The notes under the pieces: generated by a model | What the model was told of the DNA's origin: nothing | What the model saw: the letters and a program-made list of their open reading frames with translations, nothing else | Database searches by the model: none | Program-made: the position numbers and the translations under genes | In this document: piece after piece, positions 41,701-56,700 of the stretch | Layout: every line of letters starts with the position of its first letter | Numbering within the stretch: position 1 is the first letter of the stretch | NCBI RefSeq assembly: GCF_964355755.1 | Contig: NC_092680.1 | Coordinates: 9,176,001 to 9,240,000 of the forward strand | DNA length: 64,000 bases | Source of the DNA: Antedon mediterranea | Taxonomy: Eukaryota > Animalia > Echinodermata | Direction of reading: 5' to 3'

Positions 41701-44700
41701 TTATACAAACTATTTTTATCTCTCGCTCATTATAATAAACCTATAAATGAAATTTCATTCTTCCTTGGTATAACAACCGAAACGTCACAACCTTCTCAAT
41801 ATATTAAAAACTAACAGTGTACAGTATACAGTAATTTCCTTTGAAGTATTATTTAACTTATTTATAAAATAAGAGAAATTTAATGCAACTAATTAACTTG
41901 AAGTAGTTTTGATACATATACATTTTTCTGTTTCACCTTCTAATAACTGAATGGAGAAAAGACTGAGGAAAAAGAAGTTTTTGATCAGTACAATCCCTAA
42001 AAAAACTCCCTCCCTCTAGTTTAAAAGAGAGGATGATAAACATTTTTTACCTGGAATAATTAGCATTTTAAACCCATTTTGCATTTAAAAAACGATGACG
42101 AGTGTCTGATTGGAATATAGTCATGTATATTTCCATATTTTTATTTTCTTTTAAGGCAAAAGAAAAATGTGAAATCAACTGATGAAGTAATTGACAGACC
42201 ACCTTGTGGATACCTCCCAAGACCCATTCATGTTGGTAAGTATTGAATATCAATATATATGAGGCATGGCATCACAAAATCGGCGTAGTGTCGGAAATAA
42301 AAAATGTTTAGATTTATATATTTGTAATCTATATTTAATAAGCTTTAAAATGAGCCGTTGTTTATTAAAATTGGTTTATTTTATGAAGAGTTATTAATGA
42401 AAACATACGAGTCACTTTCTAGCTCAGGAAATCTTAATTTTGAAAAAAATCAACAACTAGAAAGCCACTCCGAGAGTGCATACCTCCGCCTACTGTAAAA
42501 TTCTCCTACATAAGATTTCTCCGGTAAAAAAAAAAAAAATATTTGTGTGTGTCTTAATGCTGTTTGTGATTTACGCTAATTTCACTACAAGCATGTGTAT
42601 GCGAGTTTGGTGTAACTGTGGTTATGTAACAAGCCTTTCAATTAATAATAGCTTCAGTTGACTAACAATAGAACAGCAACGCGAAAATCAAACGAGTGAA
42701 TTTGAAAAGAAATAAACTACTCGCATCAAAAAACGTGCACATTAAATCAAATTATGCTTTAAAATTACAAATCACAAATTATAACTCTTGCCTCTTGTAC
42801 AAAAATGAAGTTTTTTGGACAAGTAGTTCTCGAGAAAATTCAATTTGAGTTTACTTGTTACTTTAAGACTGCTCGCCGGCTTTTGAAAAATTCTGTCCTA
42901 TCTTTTTAACACTAGCAGGTCTGAAAAGTATACTAAAAAGTGGTCCAGAATTGGGACCATAATCCGAAATGGTCCCAAAATTTAATGGAATGTTCCTTGA
43001 CCACATATCTATCTGTACATTCATTTTGGAAAAGACCTTGTAATTAGTTTTTGAGTAATCCTGCTAACAAACAAACAAACAGACAGACAAACAAACACAC
43101 ACGATCGGTTACATATACCTCCTTGGCGGAGGTAAATGAAGTAGCGACGCCGATTAGCCTGGATTAGCCCGCCAATCGACGAGACAAGACTCTCTGTCAA
43201 AACTCGCTATTTTCTTCTCAATAACGGCAACAGGCCCGTAGCCAGGGGGGGTTTTTATGGTTCGGGCGAACCCCCCCTTTATAGCGAACCCCCCTTAACC
43301 AACTGCGAACCCCCATCCCCGACATGCCCAATACCTCACCCTCATCTCCAAAAATCCTCCAAATACGTGCCCCACAGTACAAAAAGTTGCTTGTAAATTG
43401 AAAAATTCGTAAACTTGTTCGTGAACCTTCTTCTCTGTATGAGCGTCAACTAGTGATACGTGTCTGTAAATTTCTAAAAGCTGCAAATGAATTGCCGATT
43501 TTAACCTGAAAAATAAATGTTTGGTCCCTGCATGTAACATGATATTGACGCGTCTCATAGCGAGCTGGCGCACGAACGATTCGTACAAAGGACACCGCCA
43601 GAAAACTGCGTACCTATAATTGTTTAGATCACTGGCAGTCAGGCAGCATGCATAAAGTATATAGCCTTCCGACGTACATCAGTATTTATGTGTGACTATG
43701 AAGTATAATGTATCATAGAGGATTATAGTGAATATTAATATTTTACACTATAATATCTATGGTATCAAGTACTGTAGTACATTATGGCATCCGATTATTT
43801 TTTTCTAGACCACCAGCCGATAAGTACTAAAATGTATCAATATGACTTATTTACATATTTATATTCCTCAACAAATTGCTGTAAATAAATATTATAGATA
43901 GAGCTAGCAAATAGCATTTGCCTTCACCCAGTGTGCTTTTTTCGGGGCTGCTCCTAATTAAGTTTGCATTGAACTTGAACGCAAAACAAAATACGAAGTA
44001 AATGATTAAACAATCGGCGGTTCCGCACAGAGCATGCGCATCTAACATATGGCAACAAATAGTTATCGTCATTTAAATTATCGACGTGTTTGAGGAGGAG
44101 GAAAAAAGTACGATCTTTTTGCTCATTGGTTATATAGCATGCTGCACGAGAGTGTCTTTTCCGGCCATCTAGGGTGTCATTTAACAAAATTCGATTTGCA
44201 TCAGGCTGGGGGAGGGGGGGGGGGGGGTTTGACCCAAATATTTAGTGTCCGGACCCCCCCCCCCCTTGACAGATCCTGGCTACGGCCCTGGGCAAACTAG
44301 TCGAAAATATATCACTGTGGGGTACATAATATATTTTTTGTAATTTTTAAAAAATATATCAATAAAAATAACGAATAACTTGCTAAATATTCACAAATTG
44401 TTGAAACGTTCATTCGAGAAACTACGTTGGAAGACATGCTGTTTCATCGTAAACAAAAACATCAGTCAATCAGAGAGCGTAATTTATCTCTATAGCGAAT
44501 CGCAGTCAAGGATTCACAAATTCTTGTTAGAAATTTTAGCAACCTAAAAACACCTTAATAAAACCAATTTCCATTGGCTAGATTAAAAAAAATCCCATAG
44601 GTTGTTAAAAATTATGGTAGCTGATATATTTTCAAACAGATAGGTACCAAACATGATGTGATTCGAGTTAGCGGTTTGTTTACAAAAGCGCCGTAAAGAA

Positions 44701-47700
44701 AGTTACAAAAATACAATTTTCTAATGATTTTCAATGGAAACGACTTAAATAATACACATACTTGTGATATTTTATGAACAAGAGTTTGATACAGTATGTT
44801 AAAGATAAGTGTTTATAGTATCGTTTTTTATTGAAATTTTAATATGGATAGGTTAGGCTGTTTTTCACATTCTGAACTTCAAGGCTAAATATCTCAAAAG
44901 TTTGGGTTGCGACTCTGCGCCGCTTTTGGGATAGATTTTCAATGACCTATGATCTATCCTTGTGTTGTTGGTCATCACCTAGAATCCACCATAGCAATGT
45001 TGAGAAATCTATCCTTGTGTTGTTGGTCATCACCTAGAATCCACCATAGCAATGTTGAGAAATCTATCCTTGCGTTGTTGGTCATTACCTAGAATCCACC
45101 ATAGCAATGTTGAGAAATCTATCCTTGTGTTGTTGGTCATTACCTAGAATCCACCATAGCAATGTTGAGAAATCTATCCTTGTGTTGTTGGTCATTACCT
45201 AGAATCCACCATAGCAATGTTGAGAAATCTATCCTTGTGTTGTTGGTAATTACCTAGAATCCACCATTGCAATGTTGAGAAATCTATCCTTGTGTTGTTG
45301 GTCATTACCTAGAATCCACCATAGCAATGTTGAGAAATCCAGTAAGACAAGTATCTAGTTTCTAGCTTCTAGGTCCCTACATAATTTTAAGTATGACCAC
45401 ACAATCTAAACCTTTTTTACTTTAAGATCTATTTTTAAATGATGTCAGTCAATGCACCGTATCAATAGACAGCCTAGATCATTTTACTCAATATAAACCA
45501 TGTGTGCTTCTTTCATTTTACCATGCATACAACCTTTCAGTACTTGGAAAGTACTGGTAGGTTGGATTCATGGGCAATTACCACTGACCAATTACCAACC
45601 ATCCCCCTCCCCCTTACCAGACCTCTATCACCCCTTATATTGACTGTAGAATTAGTACTGATAATAAGAGCTTTATTAAACAGCTTTCCAGATTTAGACT
45701 GCTACTATTAATAACAGTCATTTTTATACAAAGACAATTTGTTTGATCGATCATGTAAACAATACAATTATTCTTCCTTGTAAAATCTAGGACGGTATTT
45801 GCGAGAAAAACGGCGCGATTTTACATTGCCCTATGATCTCTGGTGGTTATCTATGCGTAAAAAGTTGATGTCAAGACAAGATAATATTTCATTTAAGAAG
45901 ATACGAACAAGTAAGTTGATATGGCATTTAATTATGTAGGCTTTATCAGTAGACTAATCAGGTCAAGTAAAGTCAGAATGCTTGAATCTCATTGGTCAGT
46001 TGCAATGTTGTCAGCCATTACATGTTAATAACTGTTTCATACTTGAATGATTTTCATAGTATACATATATTATACTTATTATTCTTCTTTTCAAATATTC
46101 TCCTGGGATTCTTTACATTATTATTTTGTTATGATGTTTAATGGTTCGTGTACAGACTGAAAATAGAGATTAAAAATGAAATTTATGATGCGTTTAAACT
46201 ATACTACAGTATATACGCATATTACATAGTCTATATATATAACTATACTTATAACATTATGATTTCTATACCTACGATCGTAGCATATTGATAAGAACAT
46301 TGAGAAAGTCAACAGTTCATTTTAGAACTACATACGTAGTGTACCGCAGCAGGGGCGGATCCAGGATTTTGTGAAGGGGAGGGGGGGGGGGGAGTGCAAC
46401 TGTAGAGAGTCCACACCAACTCAGCCCCACCATGGTTGGGGCCGAGTATACTACAGTACAGTACAGTTACCACAGTTAGTGTACTTTATATAACACCTAT
46501 ATAAATTCCTGTCATTTGATTGGACGAATGTGGGTCACATGGCGTGCAATAGTACGCACTATTCAACGATCGTTAAATAGTACTTTTTGAAACATTTTTG
46601 TGTACGAAAAAAAAACGTCTAGATGTTATATAAAACAAATAATGAATGTTTTGTATTCGTGTAATGGTACAAATAATGGCACTTGGTGAATGATGAAAGG
46701 TTATATCAACTCGGCTTTGCCTCGTTGATATAACCTTTCATCATTCACCTCGTGCCATTATTTGTACCATTGCACTCATAAACATTCATTATTTGTATAA
46801 TATTATTATTAACATATCCTCTATGATGATGATCTGTAGGTAACCACAGAGTTCCATTTTGGGCGTATATACACTTTTATTTATGCTTGCTGACCTGCAG
46901 CCCTAAACAATAGGTAGGCTTACGGGTGGTTGTATGGTGGTGTCCATTGTACAAATCGTTCATGCCCTGAGTATGGGTGCGATACACACATCAATATCAT
47001 GTTACATCCAGGGACCAAAATGCGTTTATTTTTCAGGTAAAAATAGGCAATTCCTTTTGCAACTTTTAGAAATTTACAGACAGCAACGGCAATGGTGACC
47101 TCTAATAAAAAGAAAAGTAAATTACCACAATGTGTTTTAATCAATTTTTATCTTATGGTAGGATAATGGTGGTGCGGAGGGTGCATCCCCCTCTGGATCC
47201 GCCACTGCTGCAGACTTTATATCAAAAAATTGCAATGTTAAGATTTGTGTAGAAACCTCTAACTTGATGGTGTCCCATTGGTGAAAAACTACTGCACATT
47301 GTATGTGTAGGTTATGAATTTGTATTCGTCCAAAACTACACACTATAAAAAACATAACTTTTGCCTGCTATTTTGTAATTTTATAGACTTGCACATTGAT
47401 GTTAAACCAACGGCTGGCATGGAACATGTCCGTTGTAGTTGTACACCACCAATCCCAGATGGGCTTGGGTGTGGTGAAGACTGCATTAATAGGTTAGTAC
47501 TCATTTTCAATACTAAATTTAATATGTCACAAGTAGGAGCTCATTTTTTAAGTACATCAATTAAACGCCCACTCTCACAGATGAAATCATAATAATGTAA
47601 TTATATCTCATTCAGACAAAAACATTTTTATTTTGCAATTATAAATTATACTTAAAATATGACATTGCATGTAAGCAACGTGTAGGAAAAATTTAAGCTG

Positions 47701-50700
47701 AAACTGTCCATAATTAGTAGGTGAAAATAAATATATCAATCCCAAAATATATAGCATAATATTTTAGAGTACAAAAATAATTCATAATTTAAAATGTAAT
47801 TTGCTGTGTTTTAGCTAATCAGGTTTTAAACAATTATTGTACTTCTACTTAGTGTAAAACTAAATAATAATACAGTAATAATAAATGTGTCTACTATAGA
47901 GAAACGCAATTGATTAAATACATTTTACCTATATTCTCTAAGTAGTTTTAAAAGTAGACTGAGTTGAAATGAATTATTATCTAAATTGCCTGATAAATTT
48001 AAACTGTATCTAGTTATTAAAGTAAATACAGTGAACTAAAGTAATTTAGGTAAATTGCATTTAGTTATCAACAGTAGTACAGTTTTAGATCTATATATTC
48101 TCAAATTAGGCAATTATTTAATTTATATAGTAATCTATCTTTATAAAGGTATGCTTAAGATGAAAGTGTATTAATTTGTTTTCTTTTGTGCTGACATTGA
48201 AAATATACACGTTTAACAATATATCTTAATCAACTCGATTAATAATTGGAAACAGTACATAGCAAGCTTTTGATTCAGGAGAGTAGGTGAAGAAGACAGT
48301 AATGTTATACAAAATATCAATCTGCGCATACATTAAAAGTATAGAACTTCTTCTACAGAATAGAATAGAATATAGAACGAATGCTACCTATCATACTGGC
48401 AGTAGTTGATTTAAAATATTAGTAACTTAAGTGGATATTATAATTTAAAATCAATCTGATTCTACAGTTAGTTACATGTAAATTTGAATTGATTTTATCA
48501 CCGAGTGACTGCAAATTTGTAATTATGTGGATAAACTAGGACTGATTCAATCTGTATTGTAAATGTATTAATTGATTTTATCACTGAGAACAGCAGCAGA
48601 TTTGTAACTTAAGTATGTAGGTAGAGTAGAATTTCAGTAGTCACTTTCATAGAAGTGTATTGATTTTGATGATAATTGTTATTACTGCAATAAAGTAGAA
48701 GGATCTGTTAACATATTTTGACATAAATTGAACCAAATACTCTGTAATTTTGAGAAAACAAAATGTCAGCTTGGTATGAACACTAGCCTAGTGATCAGCA
48801 GGTTGTTGGGTCGAGTTCAAGAAAATCTATAAAGTATTGAATAGGTTTATAAAATAAAATGAAAACTACTATATTGCTCTTTTCAATGATGATACTAACC
48901 CATAATGATTATAAAGAAAACATGGTATATTTAAGTTGTTCTTTTAAAATAGTATTCATTAACCAATTTGTTTTCCTTACAGAATGACATTCACAGAGTG
49001 TAACATTGACACATGTCCATGTGGTGAAAGATGTAGTAATCAGCAGATCCAAAGGCATCAGTGGTCACCAGACCTAGAAAGGTTTATGGTATGAAAATGA
49101 CATTTGTAATCATCAGACATATTGTATTGTAAATGAACAGCTATTTATATCTTAATATTTATGTATTTCAGTTTACTGTAGCTGGCTGGCATTTATAAAC
49201 CTATTTGCTTAAGTCAAAACATTTATTGAATGCTACTTAAGTGAACAACTGAAGGGTTATTTATCAAACCAGTTCTTTTTATCTTAAATGAAAGGACTTT
49301 TTCATCTAAGATTTAAAAACAAAATATGCACAAATGTTTGTTTAGTTTATTTAAAAAAACTGACTTAAGCAAAATAATTTAGAGTAGAACCTTTTTGGGA
49401 CACCACTATTAAGGAAACATCACTATTAAGGGAACACCTCTATTATGGGGACACCTATTAATGGGACACTGAGATGTTTCTTTAACAGGGGTTCTATACT
49501 AAGTACTAAAAGTACTTATTAAAGTCAATTTGATAAATCTGACTACTGTATGTGTAGAAGTGATAAACTCATCATAGTTCTTAATTTAAAACATTTCATT
49601 TTGTATTTGTAGACAATTGACCGAGGCTGGGGCATTGTGACTAAAACATCAATCAAGGCACACCAATTTATTCTGGAGTATGTTGGAGAGGTCATCTCGG
49701 TGAAAGAGTTTATGAAGCGAGCAACAACTGATTACCAACATAGAAAACATCACTACTGTTTGAACCTTGATAGCAACCAGGTCATCGATGGTCACCGTGC
49801 TGGCAACGAAGGTCGCTTTGTTAATCACAGTTGTGAACCAAACTGTGAGATGCAAAAATGGTGTGTTGTCTTGCTTGTTTAAAATGGATTATATACTACT
49901 CATTCTCTCATCCTTTGGTTCTATGTCAAAGGTTAAATCATATTGCTTCAATATTTTACTTACAGTGTTATATAATGATATAAAGATTAACAGTTTGTGT
50001 TCAATTAGGAGCTTTCAATTTGCCATGATCTATGACCTACATTTTGTCATTGGCCGTCACCTGGACTGGTATGGCAAAACTTGATCAAGGAATGACAGGA
50101 GAAAGCATCCTAATGTTGCCATGCACAATGTATGTGTGCAAAATTAATTAACATTGCATAACTAGTATCTATGTCCTAAGTCATAGTTTACTTTATATTC
50201 CAAACAAAATAATAATAATACTATTTTTTCACAGGTGCGTACAAGGTGTTTATCGAATTGCATTATTTTCACTTCAAGATATTCCAGCTGATGAAGAACT
50301 AACGTATGATTATAACTTCCACGCATTCAGTTCAGAAGGACAGGTAGGAAAAATCAGTATCAAAACGGTACTAGGTTTGGTCTACTAGCGTTCCTTTCAG
50401 TATTTCAAACAATGTATTAAAATATATTGTCCAGCTGTAATAGAATTGTACTGGCAATGTATATTATTGTGAAAATAATGTCAAGTAATTACTAATTTAT
50501 CATTATTATTTTGTTACAGCAAATTTGTAAGTGTAAAAGCCAGTCATGCCGTGGATATATCGGAGGACGTACGCAGAAACCAAACAGTAACAACACCCTC
50601 AAGAAACTGATCAGCAATAAACGAGTTGGACGACCTCCAAAAGACAAACGCAAATCCAAAAAGACTCTGAAAAAACTGGTAAGAATTTGGATAGCTTTCC

Positions 50701-53700
50701 ATTTGCGTGGTTTGACTAAATAATGTGAAAATCTTTAGTGTTTCATGATTAATAAAGTCATGTTTGACAGCAAGGATGATAGAAGCAATGGCGATTATAG
50801 GAAACGGATTTAAATTAATGGAAATTGAAGTTGTTTAGATGTAGTATTTATCCTACATAATCCAACAGCTTTGTGCAAATAATTTGTATTTTATGTAAAT
50901 TCCAGTCTTAATATTATTGACTTTAAATATTGTAAATACTACTAAATCACATACAGAACCTTACCTTTATGTTTTGTTATTTAACTTCTTTTTTCTTTCT
51001 ATTTAACCAACTGTCTTCTTGTCATGAAAGTTGAGCTAATGTGGTTTTATTATCTCTAGCATCTGTTTAATGCATATCTTGGTTTTATTATCTCTAGCAT
51101 CTGAATAATGCATATCTTTGCATGCAAAGCTTCAAGCAATCATTATAAGCATTATATTAGAAAAACCTTATCTAAATCATTTTAATATTCTTAAATTTCA
51201 TACTAGACAATTGATGCTTAGCCTGTCCATTTGTATGCATTTGTTTATTTAAATTTTTATTTTATTTTTAGTGTTTTAAAGTAAAGTGACAAAGTTTTAA
51301 GATAAATAAGAAATATTTATTGACAAAAACACCATTACATTTGAATAAAGATGTTATTTTAGGTTTCTATTGAAATTGTTGTTTTCCATCAGATCACTAA
51401 TAACGTGCTTGACAATTCAAACTTTGACCTTCCTCTTGTCACCATCATAGTTACCTTTCAATACTGAGTATTGATTATTACAGTAGGACCCTCCTTTGGG
51501 ACACCTATTAAGGGGACACTTTTTGGTGAAGCAATCAAGTGACATATATGTTCAGGGACAATGTTGTCCTGAAGGTGTTCCCTTAATCATAAATATTACA
51601 CTAATATCTCTGATATCTCCTCTATAACACTTGTTTCATCTTTTTCCCAGCATAACAATTCATTAGAAAGTGACTCAATAGCCAAGTTAAGACTTCAACT
51701 ACCAAAGCCAATGTCTTTGAGGGAAATGAAGATAATAGCCGAGAGACAAATATTGTTAATAAGGAATATAGAGAAAGTAAAGAGGGTGAGAGAAGCCTTA
51801 CGTAGAGTTCACATGGTCACGTCTGAAGCCCATACTCCAAAAGAAGATGACAGAGGTACGTCAGTTTTCTTTGTAATATTGTATCATGCATTTTTTTTCT
51901 TTTTTTCTTACCAAAGGATCTAAAATCATGCAGAATATCTCTTGAAATTACACTTGTTCTTCGGTCAGAGAATCAAAATTGGTATTTTTACAATTCAGTG
52001 TCTATCCTAAATTTGGCAATTTTCCTTGTACCCAAACAAACTTATCCTAATTAACCTAACAATATGCATTTGACATTGCCATATTTTCAATTCAACTGTG
52101 CCATATTACTTATGTCAAAATAACACAAAACCAATGTTTGTTTTATAGTAATAATGATGCAAGTTCTCAATTATTATTAACACACTATCCATAATATTTT
52201 AGATGTGTTTATGGCACAATTCCGAGCTCTAAACTCTTCGCGGTCAGTCAAGACACGCCATCTTGCAGCAGCAGAGGAGAATACAGAGGTAACAACTGCG
52301 GCCAAACTAGCTCAGGTGTTCAAAGATATTTACACGGCCGTGTGTACGTACAGAGACACAAGCGGCCAATGTCTTGCCATTCCATTTATGAATCTACCAT
52401 CAAAGAAACGGTAAGTATCTTATTTTGTGTTTGGAAAGTTGTAGCTACAAAAAGTGTAAGTTAATAAATAAAACATTTTTAATGCTAGACTTCTTCTTAG
52501 TTCGGGGGTTATTATAGAAAGAAGGCTTTAAAGTCACATTAGACTGAAAGGAAGAAATGTGTTACATTGACTACAGCATTTGTTTTGTGTCTGGATTTCT
52601 CAAGGCCATGTTTTTTTTCTTAGAACAACCATTTCATTTTGTGTTGTTTCTGCTTTTCATTTACAGTAATCGTGATTACTACAACAGAATACCTGATCCA
52701 ATTGACTTAAGCACAATTGAACGTAAAATAGTAACTGGGCATTACAAGACGGTCAACTCATTTGATGAGGATTTTAAGAAACTTTTTAGAAATGCAGAGG
52801 TAAATTCATAGTTACTATATTAGTTATTAGTGCATGACTAAGTAGAAGGTGTGATTGTGAGCTGGTGTATCCGATTAGCCTAATGAGGTTGCAGTGGTGC
52901 ATCTCCATAGTATCTTGATTTTTGAGTTGTCATTGAGTTGATCCTCTATGGGTAAATAACAAAAATTGGTTATATATATATAATAATCACTTGCACTGAT
53001 GAAGGGCTAGTGTTGCCCGAAAGCTCTGCTAACTTTTCTGGCTGTTTTACTTTATCGTTTTGATTTAGCTTTTTTCTTTTTTTTAAAATCTTTATTGAGA
53101 TCCAGCCACTGATATCCACAGCATTGTCATTTTTTCAGTAGTTTGCCTTTGGATTTATATATAATTAGAATATACAGTAGTTTTAAAAGCAATGCGAGAA
53201 AGTTTAAACCTTAACAGCATTAATTTTGAAATACACAAAAAGGAATCACCCAATACAATATATGACAAATACAGTATATAGTCTCTTCGCCTAAATCCAA
53301 TATTCTGCTGTTTAAAAAAATGTAATACTCTGTTTCTAATAATTGAATTTGTTATTACCAGAAGTACCATGGTAAGAAATCTGTTCTTGGTAGGGACGCA
53401 GTACACCTATACAAGGTATACTCTAGCGCCATGACAACAAGTAGTAAACAATTTAGGAACATTGAAGGATTGAAATCAGTCGCTGAATCAACAAGTAAAG
53501 AAGGTAAGTTTGTACTTAGTACATCTTTTGAGACGAGTAAGGGGTTACCTCGGTGTAATAGTTCATACGCCACTGCCACATAGCCTAGAGAATAATGGGC
53601 TCCGCCACTGGTATATTCGACCCTACGGCCACACCCGTCCATGAAACTGGTAGTAGAAGTGATGATATATTGAAATGTGCTGTCTTATTACTGTACAAAG

Positions 53701-56700
53701 AAAAATGGACCTCCTTAGCTCACCACATCACTAGTCCATCACTACAATCAGCCAATGAACACTTGAACCATACTCACATGAAAACCAGGAGAAAAGATTA
53801 AATAGTTGACTTTCAAAAAGCACTGCCCCAGTATTCTGTTTATTTATATTTTGAATTAACACATTTATTACCAATTGCTCATTGTTTATTTTAATTTGTT
53901 TAGATGGAAAGAAAAATTCAAAAGAAGAAGAGGAGGAGGAAGTAATTCGTTGTTTGTGTGGCTTACTTAATGATGAAGGGTTGATGATACAGTGCGATAA
54001 ATGTATGGTAAGTAGAGTAACAATAACTTACCAAAAACTTCACTATTCTGACAAGTTTTGTTCAAGTAATATGTATAGCCATTGTAATCCTGTTATAGCT
54101 ATCACAATAAAACAACAGAACTATGTTTTGCTGTATGCAAACAGCATACAATTAAGAACACAAATGCACATACTAAAGAAATAAATAACATTAAATCACT
54201 ATTATACAGTCCAATTTGTAAACCCTCTTTTTATTTAAAAAAAATATAAGATATTGTTTTTACAGTTGTTGACTTTGAAGTCAAGTATTCTCGCTTTTTT
54301 TGTTACAGGTATGGCAACATTATGACTGTATTGGTTTGTCTTACGAACCAGAGAACTACGTCTGTGAACTGTGTAAGCCTAGAGAAGTAGCAGATGAAAT
54401 TAAGATGAAGCCACAGCCCAAGTATGCCCAACCAGGCCAGACTTACTACTTATGTCTAACAAGAGAAGATGGTACTCAAGTCAAAATGGGTTAGTTGTAC
54501 ATATTGGGGTTTTTTTAAATTGTCATACCATCCACCAGTAAACACATGACCCGGGCGGGCATCATGTACAGCATGAGAAACCTAAGTTTTGTAAACCAAG
54601 TCTCATATGAGGCATTGTTAGTGGCTGTCAAATAGATCCTGGAACTTTGAGTGCAACATGATTTGAACCAAGGAGCCTAACAAACATGTCAATCACCAAG
54701 TCATAGTGCCACTCCTCCCCTTTCCCTAATACTGTACCACATTTAAGACTGAGAAAGCACTGTGTTCTAAAGCACACAAGAGTAGGTTATTACTTTCTGT
54801 GTGAGTGTTACTGACAGATGGTATTACTATGCTTGTCATTGGTGTTTTTAGAGTTGAAAACTCTATTACTGCACTTTAGCCATATTGTATATTGGCACAA
54901 CATGCTAAATTAAGATGTATATATTATTATATTTGTGATTGACATACAATTAATTTTTAGGTGACTGTGTTTACTTGCCAAGAACTCAAGAGGACAATGC
55001 CCCCGTCATTATACCATCAAACACAAATAACCATTCCAATCACATCATATTTAGAGTTGAGCAGCTGTGGAAAAATGACAAGTAAGAATTATTTGATGTT
55101 ATTGTTAAGGCCCCACTGTGTCAAGGCCCCACTGTGTCACACAAACTCTTAGGTAAAATATGCTTACATAAGTTTCTCTTCTGAATCGGCACCTTATTAT
55201 TATTATTATGTTAAAACATTCTTTTATCCCATAAAAAATAATCAATCAAAATAGGTAAATATATGTATGGTTATTGTATATTTTAGAGGTGAAAGGTGTG
55301 CGTTTGGACATCACTTTCTTCGTCCACATGAAACCCATCATACTCCATCAAGAAAATTCTTCAAGAACGAGGTAAGATAACTGGTACTCCAATCCAATTT
55401 TACCACCCAAGAGATTTATGGCCACACTGATATGCTATTTGAACAAATAAATCTATAATAAATATATAAATGAAATTATGCATTATATGTGTAAAAATGT
55501 TATATCTCTTTTCAGCTTTTCCGAGGTCCCTTCTATGAAATTATTCGTATTGATCTTATAAATGGATTCTGCTGTGTAATGGATCTCTATACATATTGCA
55601 AAGGTAAGCAACTCTTCCTCTTGACATCCAGTGTACATTCATTAATCTTAAGTTTTTTTAATAAAAATCAGATCAACTGGATTGTCCTGATAGCCCTAAA
55701 TCTATGGCCTATTCTACTTTACTGTTCTAATACATTATTCAATTAATCTGCTGCTTTCAGTTTGAAACAATGTCAACAGTTAAGCTATTCAAAAAGTCAG
55801 TACTTGTATTTTGGCTGCAGAGTAGAACAGTTAAAGCTGAACGTGCAATAGTACCATTAAATATAACCTTTACATTTACATTCACCAGATCTAACACAGA
55901 TATAAAATTAACTGATTAGATAGTATACAAATAATGAATGTTTATGAGTGTAATGGTACAAATAATGGCATGAGGTGAATGATGAAAGGTTATATATCAA
56001 CAAGAAAATGCCGAGTTGATATTAAACCTTTCATCATTTACCAAATGCCATTATTTGTACCATTACACGAATATAAAACATTTATTATTTGTTTTATATA
56101 ACATCTAAATAGATTCCTGTTATTTGAATCAAATAAAAGGTAGGCCTAGCCAATTCCTACTTTTCATTCACTTTGATTAAAACAGTAACATTTGGTTTTT
56201 AATATTATATTAAATGTTAGTGTTAATTTAATGTAAATAATGTCCACAAACGACCAAGGCCTAGCAAGGCTTAAACGCCTGGCTAGGCCTAGCCTAATAC
56301 TAACCGGCCTAGGCTACACCCTAGTACTAGCTTGGCTGAAAGGCAAAACTTATCTAGGCTAATTATGGTTTTTTCAATGATTCCACGTCTTGTAGAGATC
56401 TTCCCATTAATAAATCAAAATCCTAAACACAATCTAAAGCTAATTTAAATGCCTTTTTGATCTAAATTAGTACATATGTCTCTCCAGAAATGTACTCCAT
56501 CCCGAAAAACCAGCCATCATAACATTCAAATCGCTGTGAAAGTACAAAATAGGTGGCGCTGTTGTATTTCAAAAGCAATAGTATAATAACAAAATATTTT
56601 CCAAACGCAAAAAGATTTTTTTTTCGTACACAAAAAATTCCAAAAAAGTACTATTAAACGATCATTTAATAGTGCGTACTATAGCATGCCATGTGACCCA

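Larger units (their letters stand above)
42271..44932. mobile_element. Outer TIR element hosting two nested insertions
   Basis: atcacaaaatcggcgtagtgtcgga versus right-end reverse complement atcccaaaagcggcgcagagtcgca; exact termini eroded. Confidence 0.6.

Noticed and set aside
41767-41786. Second hammerhead-like half (ggt-ataaca-acc-GAAA-cg-TC)
   Set aside because: No upstream CTGANGA core; at most a truncated relic.
44952-45339. CRISPR array
   Set aside because: Contiguous near-identical 55-bp units with no spacers.
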